A stretch of 64,000 nucleotides of DNA. Origin: Candidatus Latescibacterota bacterium (GTDB lineage: Bacteria > Latescibacterota > UBA2968). Under the pieces are notes generated by a model, which worked only from the letters and a program-made list of their open reading frames with translations, was not told the DNA's origin and ran no database searches. The translations under genes and the position numbers were made by a program. The stretch is taken from assembly GCA_965208125.1 (NCBI GenBank), contig OZ242320.1:3712001-3776000 (forward strand), read 5' to 3'. Below are positions 48,612 to 58,533 of this stretch, piece by piece. Positions within the stretch are counted from its first letter, which is position 1; each line of letters begins with the position of its first letter.

Positions 48612-51281
48612 CTAATAATCGTACGATAGCGAAATATTCCAGCGGCGCGATAGGCCGAGGAATACGCGAGCACTCGCTGCGTCGTGATCGTTGCCGTCAT
48701 TTGCATCGGATACGTAGCGTTCGTCGAGCAAATTGAAGACGTGCAGTTGGAGTTTTACTTTGCCATTGCCAAATGTATTGCCGGGCAAGGTGTAGCCCGC
48801 ATGCAGATTTACCAGATTGTAATTTGGAAGTTTCCAGGACTGTTTTCGGTCGTTGGCATCTGTTCGGTTGGCGGGATCGAATTTGGCGTAGTGATCCATA
48901 AATCGCCGCAGATTCAGCGAGGCGTAGAGGCCGCGTGTGGGAAATACTGTACCGCTCAGCGCAAGGGTTTTTTGCGCCGAGTCACCCACTTTTAGTCCTT
49001 TGGCATAGACTTGAAAGTTGCCGATAACCGATGGGTCTTCTTCAGGGGAAAATGTGACATTGGCATCGTTGAGCCATTCCCAATTGCCCAGCGATAACAT
49101 GCCGCGTACTTCCAGCATGGAATGGGGACGCGCTTTCAGGTCGAACTCTATACCTGTATGCCGCGCGTCAATGCCGTTTAGCAAAAACCGGAAGCTCTGG
49201 TCGAGCTTTGCGCTGTAAATGCTCTTGGGCCACGAGCGGTCTATCCATCTGGTGTAATAGAAATTTGTGTTTGCTGTTACCACACCGCGTTTGAAATACC
49301 CGGTGCCCAACTCAAAGGCGGCGACTTTTTCATTGAACGTGGGGTCGTAGAGGCTGTTGTCGTAATGATAAACGGAGTCGAATTTGGGGGCTGTTGAAAG
49401 CCAGCCCACGTTGGCATACACATTGATTGCGGGGGTTGCATTGTAGTTGCCGCCCACTTTTGCGGTGTAGCCTTTGAAGTTTTCCCAGTCAGTCTGATCC
49501 CATTCGCCATTGACCTTTGCGCGGAAATAGTCGATGCGTTTATAACCTGTTATAGACGCAGATGTGCTCAGAAATGCCGTAAAGTCGTTAAACCGGCCTT
49601 CGAGTTGAGCAAAACCGCCACCCCAGCGCGTGAGACCATCGTTGTGGTAAGAGACTTTGTCACCGAGTCGCTTGACGGAGGTCGTGGCATTTCTGTCCCA
49701 GGGGAAGACGTAATAATCGGCACCGAGCAGATTGCGTACTTCGCGCCAATGCTGCCCTCTGTAATAGCGCAAATCTATGCCAAAGGCCAGCGTGTAGATG
49801 TCGCTCAAATGGTATTCGGCCGTGCTCAAATAACCATACCAGAAGTGTTGGTTGACCGAGTTACGGATAACGGTCCTTGCTGCAATTTCACCGCTGCCCA
49901 CTTCACCTGCGCCCACGAGGTCGGGATGGGCTTCTGACGCTATTTGGGTGTTCAATTCATCGGCAACGCGTTGCCAGTTGATGCTGCCATCGGGCAGTGC
50001 CCTCGGGTTGGTACCCAAACGCCCTGTGCCACCGCCTTTGCCACGCGAGAAATAAAATACATTGGACAGGATGAACTGCTCGTTGGGTGTCCAGTACCAG
50101 TTCAAGTTGATCTGGGGTTTGTGGTAAAAATTCTCGCGTTCCATGATGATTTTGCTATCGCGCGCATCGTGTACCTGACCGTTGTAGTACTCCTGATAAG
50201 ATGAAAATGGCGAGCGTCCCCAGTTGGGGTTGTAATCGATGCCGTAGTTTCTCGCATCCGAAACATCAATGCCCAGGGATCGGGCGTAATCGGCATCAAA
50301 GGTTGCGATGGATTGCTTGTACAGGCGATGCCCGTGGCGTTGCGGAGCGCCTACGACAAACAGGTCAATTTTGTGTGTCTCAGATGCTAAAAAGCTCAGC
50401 GCACCAAAGTAGGACCACGCCGATGTCCAGGCCTGATCGGGCAGGCCATCGCCAGTTTTGCGCGTGAGGCCCAGGGTGAAAGCAGTTTTGCCGTTCATCA
50501 AGCCCGATGAAAAATTGACTGTGGTTTTGTAAAAGGCGTTGTTTCCCGCTTCCTGTTTGATTTTGAATCCGCGCTGTTGACGGGCGATGTCGGTGACAAT
50601 GTTCATGGTGCCCCCCACTGAGGCTATTGCCAGATTTGAGGCACCCAATCCGCGCTGTACCTGGATTGACGATGTGACATCGCTCAGTCCATCCCAGTTG
50701 GACCAATAGACCCAGCCGTTTTCCATATCGTTGACTGGCACGCCGTTGATCATGACGGCGACATTGCGCTGGTCAAATCCCCTCACATTGATGCGAGAAT
50801 CACCAGGGCCTCCACCTTGCTCGGTTGCATAAACACCCGGCGTATCATTCAAAATCATCGGAAGATCGCGTGAGCCGAGTTTGCGCTCCATATCGGCTTT
50901 TGGTACGTCTGAGAAGGCAACGGGTGTTTCGCGCAATTTGGCGCGATCGGCAACGACGGTGACTTCTTTGCCTCGAAATGCTTCGGGCATGAGTTCTACA
51001 AATAACTCGGCAGCATCTGGTTCTACAACGACGGTGCTGCGATATTCTTTATATCCTACAAAACTTATGACGAGTGTATAGCTGCCTTCGCCGACTCTGC
51101 TGATCTCAAATTGTCCATCGAGATCAGCAGTAGTTCCTCGCCCAACACCTTCTAAATACACGTTTGCGCCCGGCAGGGCTTCACCGGTTTCAGCATCGCG
51201 TACTTTGCCTTTTAATTCGGCGGCAGACAAGGTTGAATAGGTCAGGAAGAATAGAGCCAAAAACATAATCAGTTGCTTCAT
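48612..51281 (-). CDS. TonB-dependent receptor with carboxypeptidase-regulatory-like N-domain
   Basis: GKVRDAETGEALPGANV, plug INVRGF...INGVP, FNLLDERY, aromatic C-terminus. Confidence 0.92.
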   Translation of the reverse strand: MKQLIMFLALFFLTYSTLSAAELKGKVRDAETGEALPGANVYLEGVGRGTTADLDGQFEISRVGEGSYTLVISFVGYKEYRSTVVVEPDAAELFVELMPEAFRGKEVTVVADRAKLRETPVAFSDVPKADMERKLGSRDLPMILNDTPGVYATEQGGGPGDSRINVRGFDQRNVAVMINGVPVNDMENGWVYWSNWDGLSDVTSSIQVQRGLGASNLAIASVGGTMNIVTDIARQQRGFKIKQEAGNNAFYKTTVNFSSGLMNGKTAFTLGLTRKTGDGLPDQAWTSAWSYFGALSFLASETHKIDLFVVGAPQRHGHRLYKQSIATFDADYARSLGIDVSDARNYGIDYNPNWGRSPFSSYQEYYNGQVHDARDSKIIMERENFYHKPQINLNWYWTPNEQFILSNVFYFSRGKGGGTGRLGTNPRALPDGSINWQRVADELNTQIASEAHPDLVGAGEVGSGEIAARTVIRNSVNQHFWYGYLSTAEYHLSDIYTLAFGIDLRYYRGQHWREVRNLLGADYYVFPWDRNATTSVKRLGDKVSYHNDGLTRWGGGFAQLEGRFNDFTAFLSTSASITGYKRIDYFRAKVNGEWDQTDWENFKGYTAKVGGNYNATPAINVYANVGWLSTAPKFDSVYHYDNSLYDPTFNEKVAAFELGTGYFKRGVVTANTNFYYTRWIDRSWPKSIYSAKLDQSFRFLLNGIDARHTGIEFDLKARPHSMLEVRGMLSLGNWEWLNDANVTFSPEEDPSVIGNFQVYAKGLKVGDSAQKTLALSGTVFPTRGLYASLNLRRFMDHYAKFDPANRTDANDRKQSWKLPNYNLVNLHAGYTLPGNTFGNGKVKLQLHVFNLLDERYVSDANDGNDHDAASARVFLGLSRRWNISLSYDY

Positions 51282-51408
51282 AATGTACCTCCTTAAAAAA
51301 TGGGACACATAGGCTATGTGCGGTGTATTAGACGATGTTGTTGTGCTAATATATACAATCTTCTATTGGCAACAAGTGCGATTTGGTAAAACAGCGCTAC
51401 AATGAGAT

Positions 51409-51440
51409 ACGGCCTGCGTTGGCAATGCGCAGGCCGTTTT
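51409..51440. terminator. GC hairpin (terminator-like); homologous copy at 55938-55969
   Basis: acggcctgcg-ttggcaatg-cgcaggccgt-ttt. Confidence 0.6.
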
Positions 51441-51443
51441 ATT

Positions 51444-52343
51444 TTACCATTCGCGATCTGGTACTTTCCAATTGGCGTACCAGACAGAGTTTTCTGGGAG
51501 CGTGGCGTCGTCTGACCAGGCTGTTTGCATGGTGAGGAAGTTGGGCAGTTCGGGGCAGATAACGGTTTCCCATATATGTTCGACCTGGTCAAAGGTGCGT
51601 AGTTTTTGCGTGGGTTTTTCCGATTCATACGCGGCGAGCAGTTCTCTAACTTTGTTGCCGAGCCACTCGATTTCGTCATTGACCATACGTTCTCCAATTT
51701 GGCGATTGGATTCGCGGGCGTTTTTGCCCATGGCAAAGTGCGGACCGGGATCGCTTTCGGGTGGTAAACGGGAGATATCGACACAGTCGGGTTCAATGGC
51801 CCATAGAAGTGAGGTTTCGACTTTTCCCGCGTGGTCGCCGCCGCTGTTGTTGTCATTGTCAAAGCCGGGTTGGTTGGCTTCAAAATCGGGCAGGCTATAA
51901 AGGCGCGTGCCCACATGGGGTTGGATGAGTTCACAAAGGGTTTTCAGATCTTGCCAGTTGGGGCCGTAGTGCCCGGTAAGAAAGATGGCCGCGTGAAAGC
52001 CAAGGGTGTCGGCCTGGCGGATGTGATAGCAGATGTTTTTGAAGTGTTGCCAGGGCGGCATGCAGGTTAGCCAGGATCGTTCGGGTTGGCCGACTGCGCG
52101 TTCCGACCAGAGGGCATAGCCCCCAATTTCGTGGATATGCCAGTAGTCGGGCGGGGCGACAATGCCGCCGTGTTTGTGCGCGGTGCGAACGGCAATGCCG
52201 TGGGCTTTGAGAGCGTCGAGTCCCACGGCATTTTGTGGGCCGTGTGGTTCGCACAGGCCATAGGGGAAATAGACGACTGGACAGGTTTTGAATGCAGCTT
52301 CGAGTTCATCGGGGAACATGCGCTCCCAGCGTACGTCTCTCAC
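51444..52343 (-). CDS. Creatininase/amidohydrolase family protein
   Basis: GLCEPHG...GLD, TGHYG, DHAGKVETS; GTG start with GGAG upstream. Confidence 0.85.
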   Translation of the reverse strand: MRDVRWERMFPDELEAAFKTCPVVYFPYGLCEPHGPQNAVGLDALKAHGIAVRTAHKHGGIVAPPDYWHIHEIGGYALWSERAVGQPERSWLTCMPPWQHFKNICYHIRQADTLGFHAAIFLTGHYGPNWQDLKTLCELIQPHVGTRLYSLPDFEANQPGFDNDNNSGGDHAGKVETSLLWAIEPDCVDISRLPPESDPGPHFAMGKNARESNRQIGERMVNDEIEWLGNKVRELLAAYESEKPTQKLRTFDQVEHIWETVICPELPNFLTMQTAWSDDATLPENSVWYANWKVPDREW

Positions 52344-52387
52344 GGCGGAGTACTCCTTTTGAAAAATTGGTTTGTTGCAAAATGAAG

Positions 52388-54751
52388 CTACGATTCCAAA
52401 TCGTGGTGCAGTTTTAGTTGGGCGATAAATTCTGGTGTGAGTGTGGTTCCCGAGTTTTTGAGATGGTCTATGACATCGTTGCCAAGTGCTGTGTTGAGAT
52501 GGTAGTGCTGTACAGATTCGTTGATTTGGATGAAGCCCATGTGGTTCATCAGATCCGGGTTCATTGTGCCGTTGACGATGGGTGCGTGGAGAGTGCAGTT
52601 GGTGAAGCGCGTGCCCAACGTGCTTTGCAAAATAAAAAATCGCTCTGGTACTTTTTTTACGTCGGGTTGGAGACTGCACTCGGTAAATACGAGTTCGCCA
52701 CGCAAATTAGGTGCGGTTATGGTGTTCAGGCTGCACCGTTCAAAAGTCGCACTGGCAATGCAGTTGCCCAGGTATGCGCTGATATTTTCACAGTCGGTAA
52801 ATCGCATTTTGGGATAGAGGGCGAGTTTATCGGCATAATCAACCGCCGATTCTCCACCGATCAGGATATGCACCTGTTCATCATCGTCGGCAATTTCCTG
52901 AGTGAATTTTTCGAGTTGTATATTGTCGCAGATGAGGGTGCTGTTGGCGTGGAGTTGCGTGCCATCGTAGCCGCCATTGCGGCGCAGGTCGTAGTATTGG
53001 GGATTGGGTATGCGGATGAGACGAACGCCCTGTTTTCTGCCTTCGACAGTGATGTTTCGAAATTCAATGCGATGGGGAAAGAAGAGGCGGGTATTGTTTT
53101 TGGTTTTGGAAAAGGGAACAGTGTCCATTAGCCAGCACGGTGCATTCGATTTGGGTGCTGCGCTGTAATCGATGAGCAGATCTTCGATGGTGACGGTGCG
53201 TGCAAAGCCGATGGGATACTGGTAATCGAAATCGGCTGGGCGACAGGATAGGACAGAAACGCGGCCATTGCTACTGGGCATTAACCGGCAACCGCGGATG
53301 CGTATGTGCCCGTCCCATTTGGCCCCATAATCGCGTCTGAAATTGACGAATTGGTTGCCGTGGCGCGTGGTGTTTTCGATCACCAATTCACCGCCGCCTG
53401 TCAGGGCGATGCCTTTGAAGCCAATGGTGCAGTTGCTGATGTAGAGGTTCCAGCAGTGAAAATGCACATCGATGCGATTGAGACGGCAGTTTTCAACGCG
53501 GAAGTTTTTGTTGAGGTTGGTGCCAAAAACACCCCAGGCAACCCAGCCGCCTTCTGCTGTGATATTGCGAAAGGTGCAATTGAGCATCCGGGCGCCCCCA
53601 ATGCCATAGGTGCCCGCACCGATCACTTTGTCTTTTTCTTCGCGATTTTTTTCCCAGGGCATTGCGCGGATATTTTCCAGTGTGACGTCGTAAACACCGC
53701 TGAATACGTAAAAGCCACGACGGGGGTGCATGGAGATATCGCGTTTCCCCTTTTCCAGGCCCATCCATTGTTCGCGGATGATGGTTCGGCTGCGCCGTAT
53801 GGAGATGCCGTGATGGTGATACCTCCAGGAGTTACCGCTACCACTGTCGCCCGAAAAGTAAAATCCACCGCCTTCGACGATGAGGTAATTGTCGTTGCAG
53901 GGTATGGCGGTGATGTCGGTGAAGTTTTTGAATTCCCAGGCTATATCGCCAATGATGCGGCCCTCTTCTTCAACATAGAATAGTTCTTCGCGTGCCCATC
54001 CCGCCTTTGAATAATTGCCTTCCCGAATACCAATGCGATCATCATCATCTTCGGCGATGATGAGATGTCCCGCATATAGTGCCAGTTCGGGAATGAGTTG
54101 CACGCCGGGTTTTAGTTTTTCCAATAAAGCCGCTTTGATGGTTTCGTCTCGCGTGAGTTTTTTGGAGGGGTGATCGTTGAGAATTTCAAAGCGCGGCTCC
54201 CTTTGGCTGTTGTACTGTTCATCAATGTGAAAAGTGGTTTGCCCCCAGGAGACGTTGGTTTTGATGGGTATGTCATTGGTTTGCAAGATCCAATATTCGC
54301 CGCTTAAATTCACAATTGGGACTTTGTGTGTGTTGGCGTATTTATGTGCCAGGGTGATTTGAACACCGTCGTCGTTTTTACCGTCGCCAATCGCGCCAAA
54401 CATTTTGTAATTCACGGCTTCGTTTTCGTGCAAGATGGCGACTGTGCCATTGTCCAATGCGATGATGTCGGCATCATTTGGCTGGCTATTTGCATCTGTT
54501 TTTTCGATGTGATACAGGGCTGCGCCTCCGTCGCCGGGAGTGTAAAAACCCACAGTTTCTACCCAGTCGCCTTCGCGGGTTTCGGACGAGGATTTCATAG
54601 CTTGAATGGTGGCGTAGCGCGTTATGGTTGCATTGTTTGTTGTGTTCACGGCGATCTCCTGAGACAATGCACGCTGTGTAAGGACAATGCCACTGATACC
54701 AATGCCAGCGATTGCTTTGCGTCTGGATAATTTATTTGGTTGTTTGGACAT
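52388..54751 (-). CDS. Tat-signal, tailspike/pectate-lyase-like beta-helix protein
   Basis: SRRKAI plus hydrophobic stretch; TVGFYTPGDGGAALY; NYKMFGAIGDGKNDD; repeated xxENCx rungs. Confidence 0.7.
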   Translation of the reverse strand: MSKQPNKLSRRKAIAGIGISGIVLTQRALSQEIAVNTTNNATITRYATIQAMKSSSETREGDWVETVGFYTPGDGGAALYHIEKTDANSQPNDADIIALDNGTVAILHENEAVNYKMFGAIGDGKNDDGVQITLAHKYANTHKVPIVNLSGEYWILQTNDIPIKTNVSWGQTTFHIDEQYNSQREPRFEILNDHPSKKLTRDETIKAALLEKLKPGVQLIPELALYAGHLIIAEDDDDRIGIREGNYSKAGWAREELFYVEEEGRIIGDIAWEFKNFTDITAIPCNDNYLIVEGGGFYFSGDSGSGNSWRYHHHGISIRRSRTIIREQWMGLEKGKRDISMHPRRGFYVFSGVYDVTLENIRAMPWEKNREEKDKVIGAGTYGIGGARMLNCTFRNITAEGGWVAWGVFGTNLNKNFRVENCRLNRIDVHFHCWNLYISNCTIGFKGIALTGGGELVIENTTRHGNQFVNFRRDYGAKWDGHIRIRGCRLMPSSNGRVSVLSCRPADFDYQYPIGFARTVTIEDLLIDYSAAPKSNAPCWLMDTVPFSKTKNNTRLFFPHRIEFRNITVEGRKQGVRLIRIPNPQYYDLRRNGGYDGTQLHANSTLICDNIQLEKFTQEIADDDEQVHILIGGESAVDYADKLALYPKMRFTDCENISAYLGNCIASATFERCSLNTITAPNLRGELVFTECSLQPDVKKVPERFFILQSTLGTRFTNCTLHAPIVNGTMNPDLMNHMGFIQINESVQHYHLNTALGNDVIDHLKNSGTTLTPEFIAQLKLHHDLES

Positions 54752-54774
54752 GACTTTTTTTGAATATCAAATTT

Positions 54775-55821
54775 CTACTGTACTTTTCCGCGACCTGCAA
54801 CTTTCCATATATGTTCTACATTGCCATTTCGCACGGCATAGACTTCGTCGTGGAGGTTGGTGGTCATGCCCTGGTGCAGGGGGATGACAGAGAGGCGGTC
54901 GCCTACGGTGAAGGTGTGGTTGCATTCTGAGACATCTATGTGACCGTGTTCGACGGACATGCCGTAGATTTTGGCATTGGGGTGTTCAACGATGTGTCCA
55001 TAAGGGGTGGGGGCATAACTGGTGAATGTTTTTTGGCCGCCATCGATGATGACGCGGTCGGGTGTGGGTGTGCTGACGATGGTGACTATCATGCGTTCGG
55101 CACAGGTGATGGGGTTGGGAGGGTTGTGTTCGCGGTTGATGCGGCGCAGGCCCTCAAAGACGTAGGAACCAATGCGGGTCTCGGTGCAGCCAATGGCTTT
55201 GGAAACTTCGGCAGTGCCCGTGCCACCTCCGCTGATGGTGTTGAGTGCGATGCCCGCGTTTTGAAGCAGGTCGCGCGTTTGGTCGATGAAGGCTTTGGCG
55301 CGTTCGTTGCTGGGATAGGTCATGATGCCCTGGAACTGAAGGCCGGGCATGGTTGTAATTTTTTGCGCGAGTTCAAGCGCGGCTTTGGGCGATTGTACGC
55401 CGCAGCGATTGCCACCGGTGTCGCATTCGATTAGGATGTTGATGGTAACATCGTTTTTTGTTGCACCATCGGATAGACCGCGCGCGGTGATTTCCGAATC
55501 GACAGCGACGGTCATGGTTGCGCTTTTGCACAGTTCGGCAAGGCGTTTGACTTTGATGGGTCCTACAATATTATAGGGGATGAGGATGTCGGGAATACCG
55601 ACTTCAACCATAGCTTCGGCTTCGCCTACTTTCTGGCAGACAATGCCAATGGCTCCCGCAGCGAGTTGCATTCTGGCGATTTCGGGGATTTTGTGCGTTT
55701 TGGTGTGTACGCGTAGCGGAATGTCGAATTTGTCGCATGCCTCTTGCGTTTCTCGAATATTTTTTTCGAGGACATCGAGGTCGATGGTGAGCGCTGGTGT
55801 GTCGAGGTCGTGTATGGTCAT
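54775..55821 (-). CDS. D-threonine aldolase / D-serine dehydratase-like (PLP fold III)
   Basis: LDTPAL, RVHTKTHK, CQKVGEAE, RCGV, SVEHG, IPLH. Confidence 0.87.
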   Translation of the reverse strand: MTIHDLDTPALTIDLDVLEKNIRETQEACDKFDIPLRVHTKTHKIPEIARMQLAAGAIGIVCQKVGEAEAMVEVGIPDILIPYNIVGPIKVKRLAELCKSATMTVAVDSEITARGLSDGATKNDVTINILIECDTGGNRCGVQSPKAALELAQKITTMPGLQFQGIMTYPSNERAKAFIDQTRDLLQNAGIALNTISGGGTGTAEVSKAIGCTETRIGSYVFEGLRRINREHNPPNPITCAERMIVTIVSTPTPDRVIIDGGQKTFTSYAPTPYGHIVEHPNAKIYGMSVEHGHIDVSECNHTFTVGDRLSVIPLHQGMTTNLHDEVYAVRNGNVEHIWKVAGRGKVQ

Positions 55822-55937
55822 GGCAATATCTGTTATTAAAAGGTGAGAGATGGTGCTGTGCGGGGATAGGCAATGTACGTTGGTCAGGGAAGGACGTCAA
55901 GCGGTTGTAAATATGTTTAATCTTACCTATAGCGAAA

Positions 55938-56055
55938 AAGGTCTGCGTTGACAATGTGCAGGTCGTTTTGTTATTTGAGAGGAGGTCTCACACAGAGACA
56001 CAAAGACACAAGGGGTTAGGTGGTCGGGCGGGCTGATAGCTGACTGCTGACCGCT
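55938..56055. repeat. Degenerate copy of the 51409 hairpin followed by short-period repeats
   Basis: ggtctgcgttgacaatgtgcaggtcgtttt; cacagagacacaaagacacaa; gctgatagctgactgctgaccgct. Confidence 0.6.
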
Positions 56056-56097
56056 TGGGGGGTTGGGGCTGAATGCTAATTTAACTGAGGAGGCAAA

Positions 56098-57177
56098 ATG
56101 GCAGATAAATTGAAGGTGGGTATTGTCGGGGTGGGAGGTATTGCGCGGACGCACATTCCGGGTTGGCAAGCTTCAGAACACGCCGAATTGGTGGCCGGAA
56201 GCGATATTAGCGAAGATGTGTTGAATACATGGGGTGAACAATACGGTATCAAAAAACTGTATGTGAATCCTGAAGATTTATTTGCCGATCCAGAGATCGA
56301 TATTGTGGATGTGTGTACACCAAATAATTATCACGCGCCTTTATCCATCGGTGCGCTGGATGCGGGTAAACATGTGATTTGCGAAAAGCCACTGGCACCC
56401 AGCCCCCAATTGGTGAAAGATATGATTGCAGCGCGCGACCGGTCGGGCAAGTTGTTGATGTGCGCGCAGTCGTCGCGGTTTTCCGGGTCATCTCTGGCGA
56501 TGAAGAAGGAATTGGAAACGGGGGTTTTGGGCAATGTGTATCACGCGCGATGCTGGATGTTGCGGCGGTCGGGTGTGCCCGCGCGACCAGGTTTTATTAT
56601 GAAAAAGCACAGTGGTGGCGGGCCTTGTATTGATATTGGTGTTCACGTTTTGGATTTGACTTTGTGGTTGATGGGCAATCCCAATCCCGTAGCTGTAACA
56701 GGTGTGGCGAAGGCGGAGTTGGCACATCAGGAGGGTGCGTTCAGTACGATGGGGCGCAGTGGTGGTGCGATTCCCAAAGAATTTGACGTGGAAGATTTTG
56801 CAGCGGCTTTTGTGCGGTTTGAAAGTGGGGCTTCGCTTATTCTGGAGACGAGTTGGATGTTGCATCAGGGTCCCCCGTCAGAACGGCAGATATGGCTTTA
56901 CGGTACGAAGGGCGGGGCACACTTGCCGAGTTGTGAGATTTATTATTCGGATTCCAAGACACAGCAACATCAGAAATACGCATTGCAAGATACGGGAGAT
57001 ATCGCCAAAGCGCACGCGCTGGAATGCATGACGTTTGCCAGGGCGATAGCAGAGGGTAAACCGTCACCAGTACCGGTCGAGCAGTCGCTTCAGGTGATGG
57101 CGATTTTGGATGGGATTTATCGCAGTGAGGAGGAAGGGTGTGAGGTGGATATAGCGGGAGATGCAACCGTTGATTAA
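56098..57177 (+). CDS. Gfo/Idh/MocA family oxidoreductase
   Basis: GIVGVGGIA, ICEKP, GGGPCIDIGVHVLD. Confidence 0.92.
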   Translation: MADKLKVGIVGVGGIARTHIPGWQASEHAELVAGSDISEDVLNTWGEQYGIKKLYVNPEDLFADPEIDIVDVCTPNNYHAPLSIGALDAGKHVICEKPLAPSPQLVKDMIAARDRSGKLLMCAQSSRFSGSSLAMKKELETGVLGNVYHARCWMLRRSGVPARPGFIMKKHSGGGPCIDIGVHVLDLTLWLMGNPNPVAVTGVAKAELAHQEGAFSTMGRSGGAIPKEFDVEDFAAAFVRFESGASLILETSWMLHQGPPSERQIWLYGTKGGAHLPSCEIYYSDSKTQQHQKYALQDTGDIAKAHALECMTFARAIAEGKPSPVPVEQSLQVMAILDGIYRSEEEGCEVDIAGDATVD

Positions 57178-58493
57178 TAAACTTTATCGTCTTTGTTTTT
57201 CTTTTTAAGGGTATTTTCCCAACGGCGTTCGGGGGATTGGGGTGCGCGATCGATGAGTTTGTTGGGTTTGCCCATCTGTTTTACCAGATCAAAGGCATCG
57301 TAGAGTTCGCCTACAGCGGTCATTGCGCGGTAGCTCAGGGTGTCGTCTGAGACAGTGATGATTTGATAAAGCTGTGTGTTTTCCCCACCGCGCGTCATCC
57401 AGCGATCTTTTCTGAGTTTGAGTTGTTTGGGGCCGCTGACTGATACGACGTACACTGTGCCTTTGGTTGAGTCGCGCACGGTTACGCCGCTGCCGATATT
57501 GTGTCCTCTGGCATACGTATGGTTGTGACCTTGAAGTACCAGATCGACTGCGTATTTGTCAAAGAGAGGTTTCCACGCTTCGCGCTGGTCTTTATTCGCG
57601 AGGCCCTGGGTTGCGGAATAGATGGGATGATGGAATGTGACAAAGGTCCATTCATTGGGATTGTTTTTAAGTATTTTTTCCAACCAGGGCACCTGTTCTT
57701 TGTAGCGTTCATTGGAATTGAGCGAGATAATGCGTGCGCCCTGATAGTCTGTGTAATAGGTGGTTTCCGCAAAGCCTTCGGGACCATTTTCAGGCAGGGT
57801 GAATTGCGGACGCCATAGGACAGATAGACGGCGTTTGCTCACATCTTGATAGTTAGAGTATTCGTTATTCCCCGGCGTAGAAATGCTGGGGATTTTTGCA
57901 TGGATCCAACTGCCAGATTCAAACCATTCATGCCAGTCGCTGTCTTTGTTGGGATAATCAACGAGGTCGCCTGCGTGGATGATAAAATCGGCGTGGGGCG
58001 CGTCGAGTACGGCGGTTCGAATAGTGCGTGCCCACAGGGATAGCAGGTTGTTTTGTGCATCGCCAAGGTAGATGAAAGTGAATTCATCTGGTTCGGCTGA
58101 AGCCGTGCGAAATTGATACCAGGAACTCCAGATATCGCCACTGCCCACGCGATAGGCATAGAGGGTGTTGGGTTTGAGACCCTTGAATGTGACCGAATGG
58201 AAATGGGCGACAAGTCTGTTGCGTTTCCATTTTTCAGTGTGAGCGTTTTCGCGCTTAGCCCATGTGGTAAAATTGGCCGAGGCATTGGCTTCTGCGATCT
58301 GGCCTTCGGCTTGTGTGATGCTCGTGTCGGTGCGCCATGTGACCGATGCCGTGGTGGTGGGATCTTCCGACCAGGTGAGTACTATGCGGTCGGGGATTTT
58401 TTGGGGAGCGCGATCTACGGCTGCACGGTGATATTCATTTGCATAAGCCGGGGCTGTGAATAGGAGCAGAAGGGTGAGAGAAATCAGGCGCAT
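57174..58493 (-). CDS. Secreted purple-acid-phosphatase-like metallophosphoesterase, copy C
   Basis: FN3-like N-domain; GDAQ, GDLV, GNNE, HHP, GHNH. Confidence 0.85.
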   Translation of the reverse strand: MRLISLTLLLLFTAPAYANEYHRAAVDRAPQKIPDRIVLTWSEDPTTTASVTWRTDTSITQAEGQIAEANASANFTTWAKRENAHTEKWKRNRLVAHFHSVTFKGLKPNTLYAYRVGSGDIWSSWYQFRTASAEPDEFTFIYLGDAQNNLLSLWARTIRTAVLDAPHADFIIHAGDLVDYPNKDSDWHEWFESGSWIHAKIPSISTPGNNEYSNYQDVSKRRLSVLWRPQFTLPENGPEGFAETTYYTDYQGARIISLNSNERYKEQVPWLEKILKNNPNEWTFVTFHHPIYSATQGLANKDQREAWKPLFDKYAVDLVLQGHNHTYARGHNIGSGVTVRDSTKGTVYVVSVSGPKQLKLRKDRWMTRGGENTQLYQIITVSDDTLSYRAMTAVGELYDAFDLVKQMGKPNKLIDRAPQSPERRWENTLKKKNKDDKVY

Positions 58494-58533
58494 GGGGTTC
58501 TTTGGGTGAAATTTTTGAAAGACCACCAATTGA

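Noticed and set aside
51282-51443. Cobalamin or TPP riboswitch upstream of the TonB receptor
   Set aside because: The leader is short and lacks the consensus motifs; only a promoter-like sequence and small hairpins are visible.
52388-54751. Prophage around the tailspike-like gene
   Set aside because: There are no structural, terminase, integrase or lysis genes; the gene has a Tat leader and metabolic neighbours.
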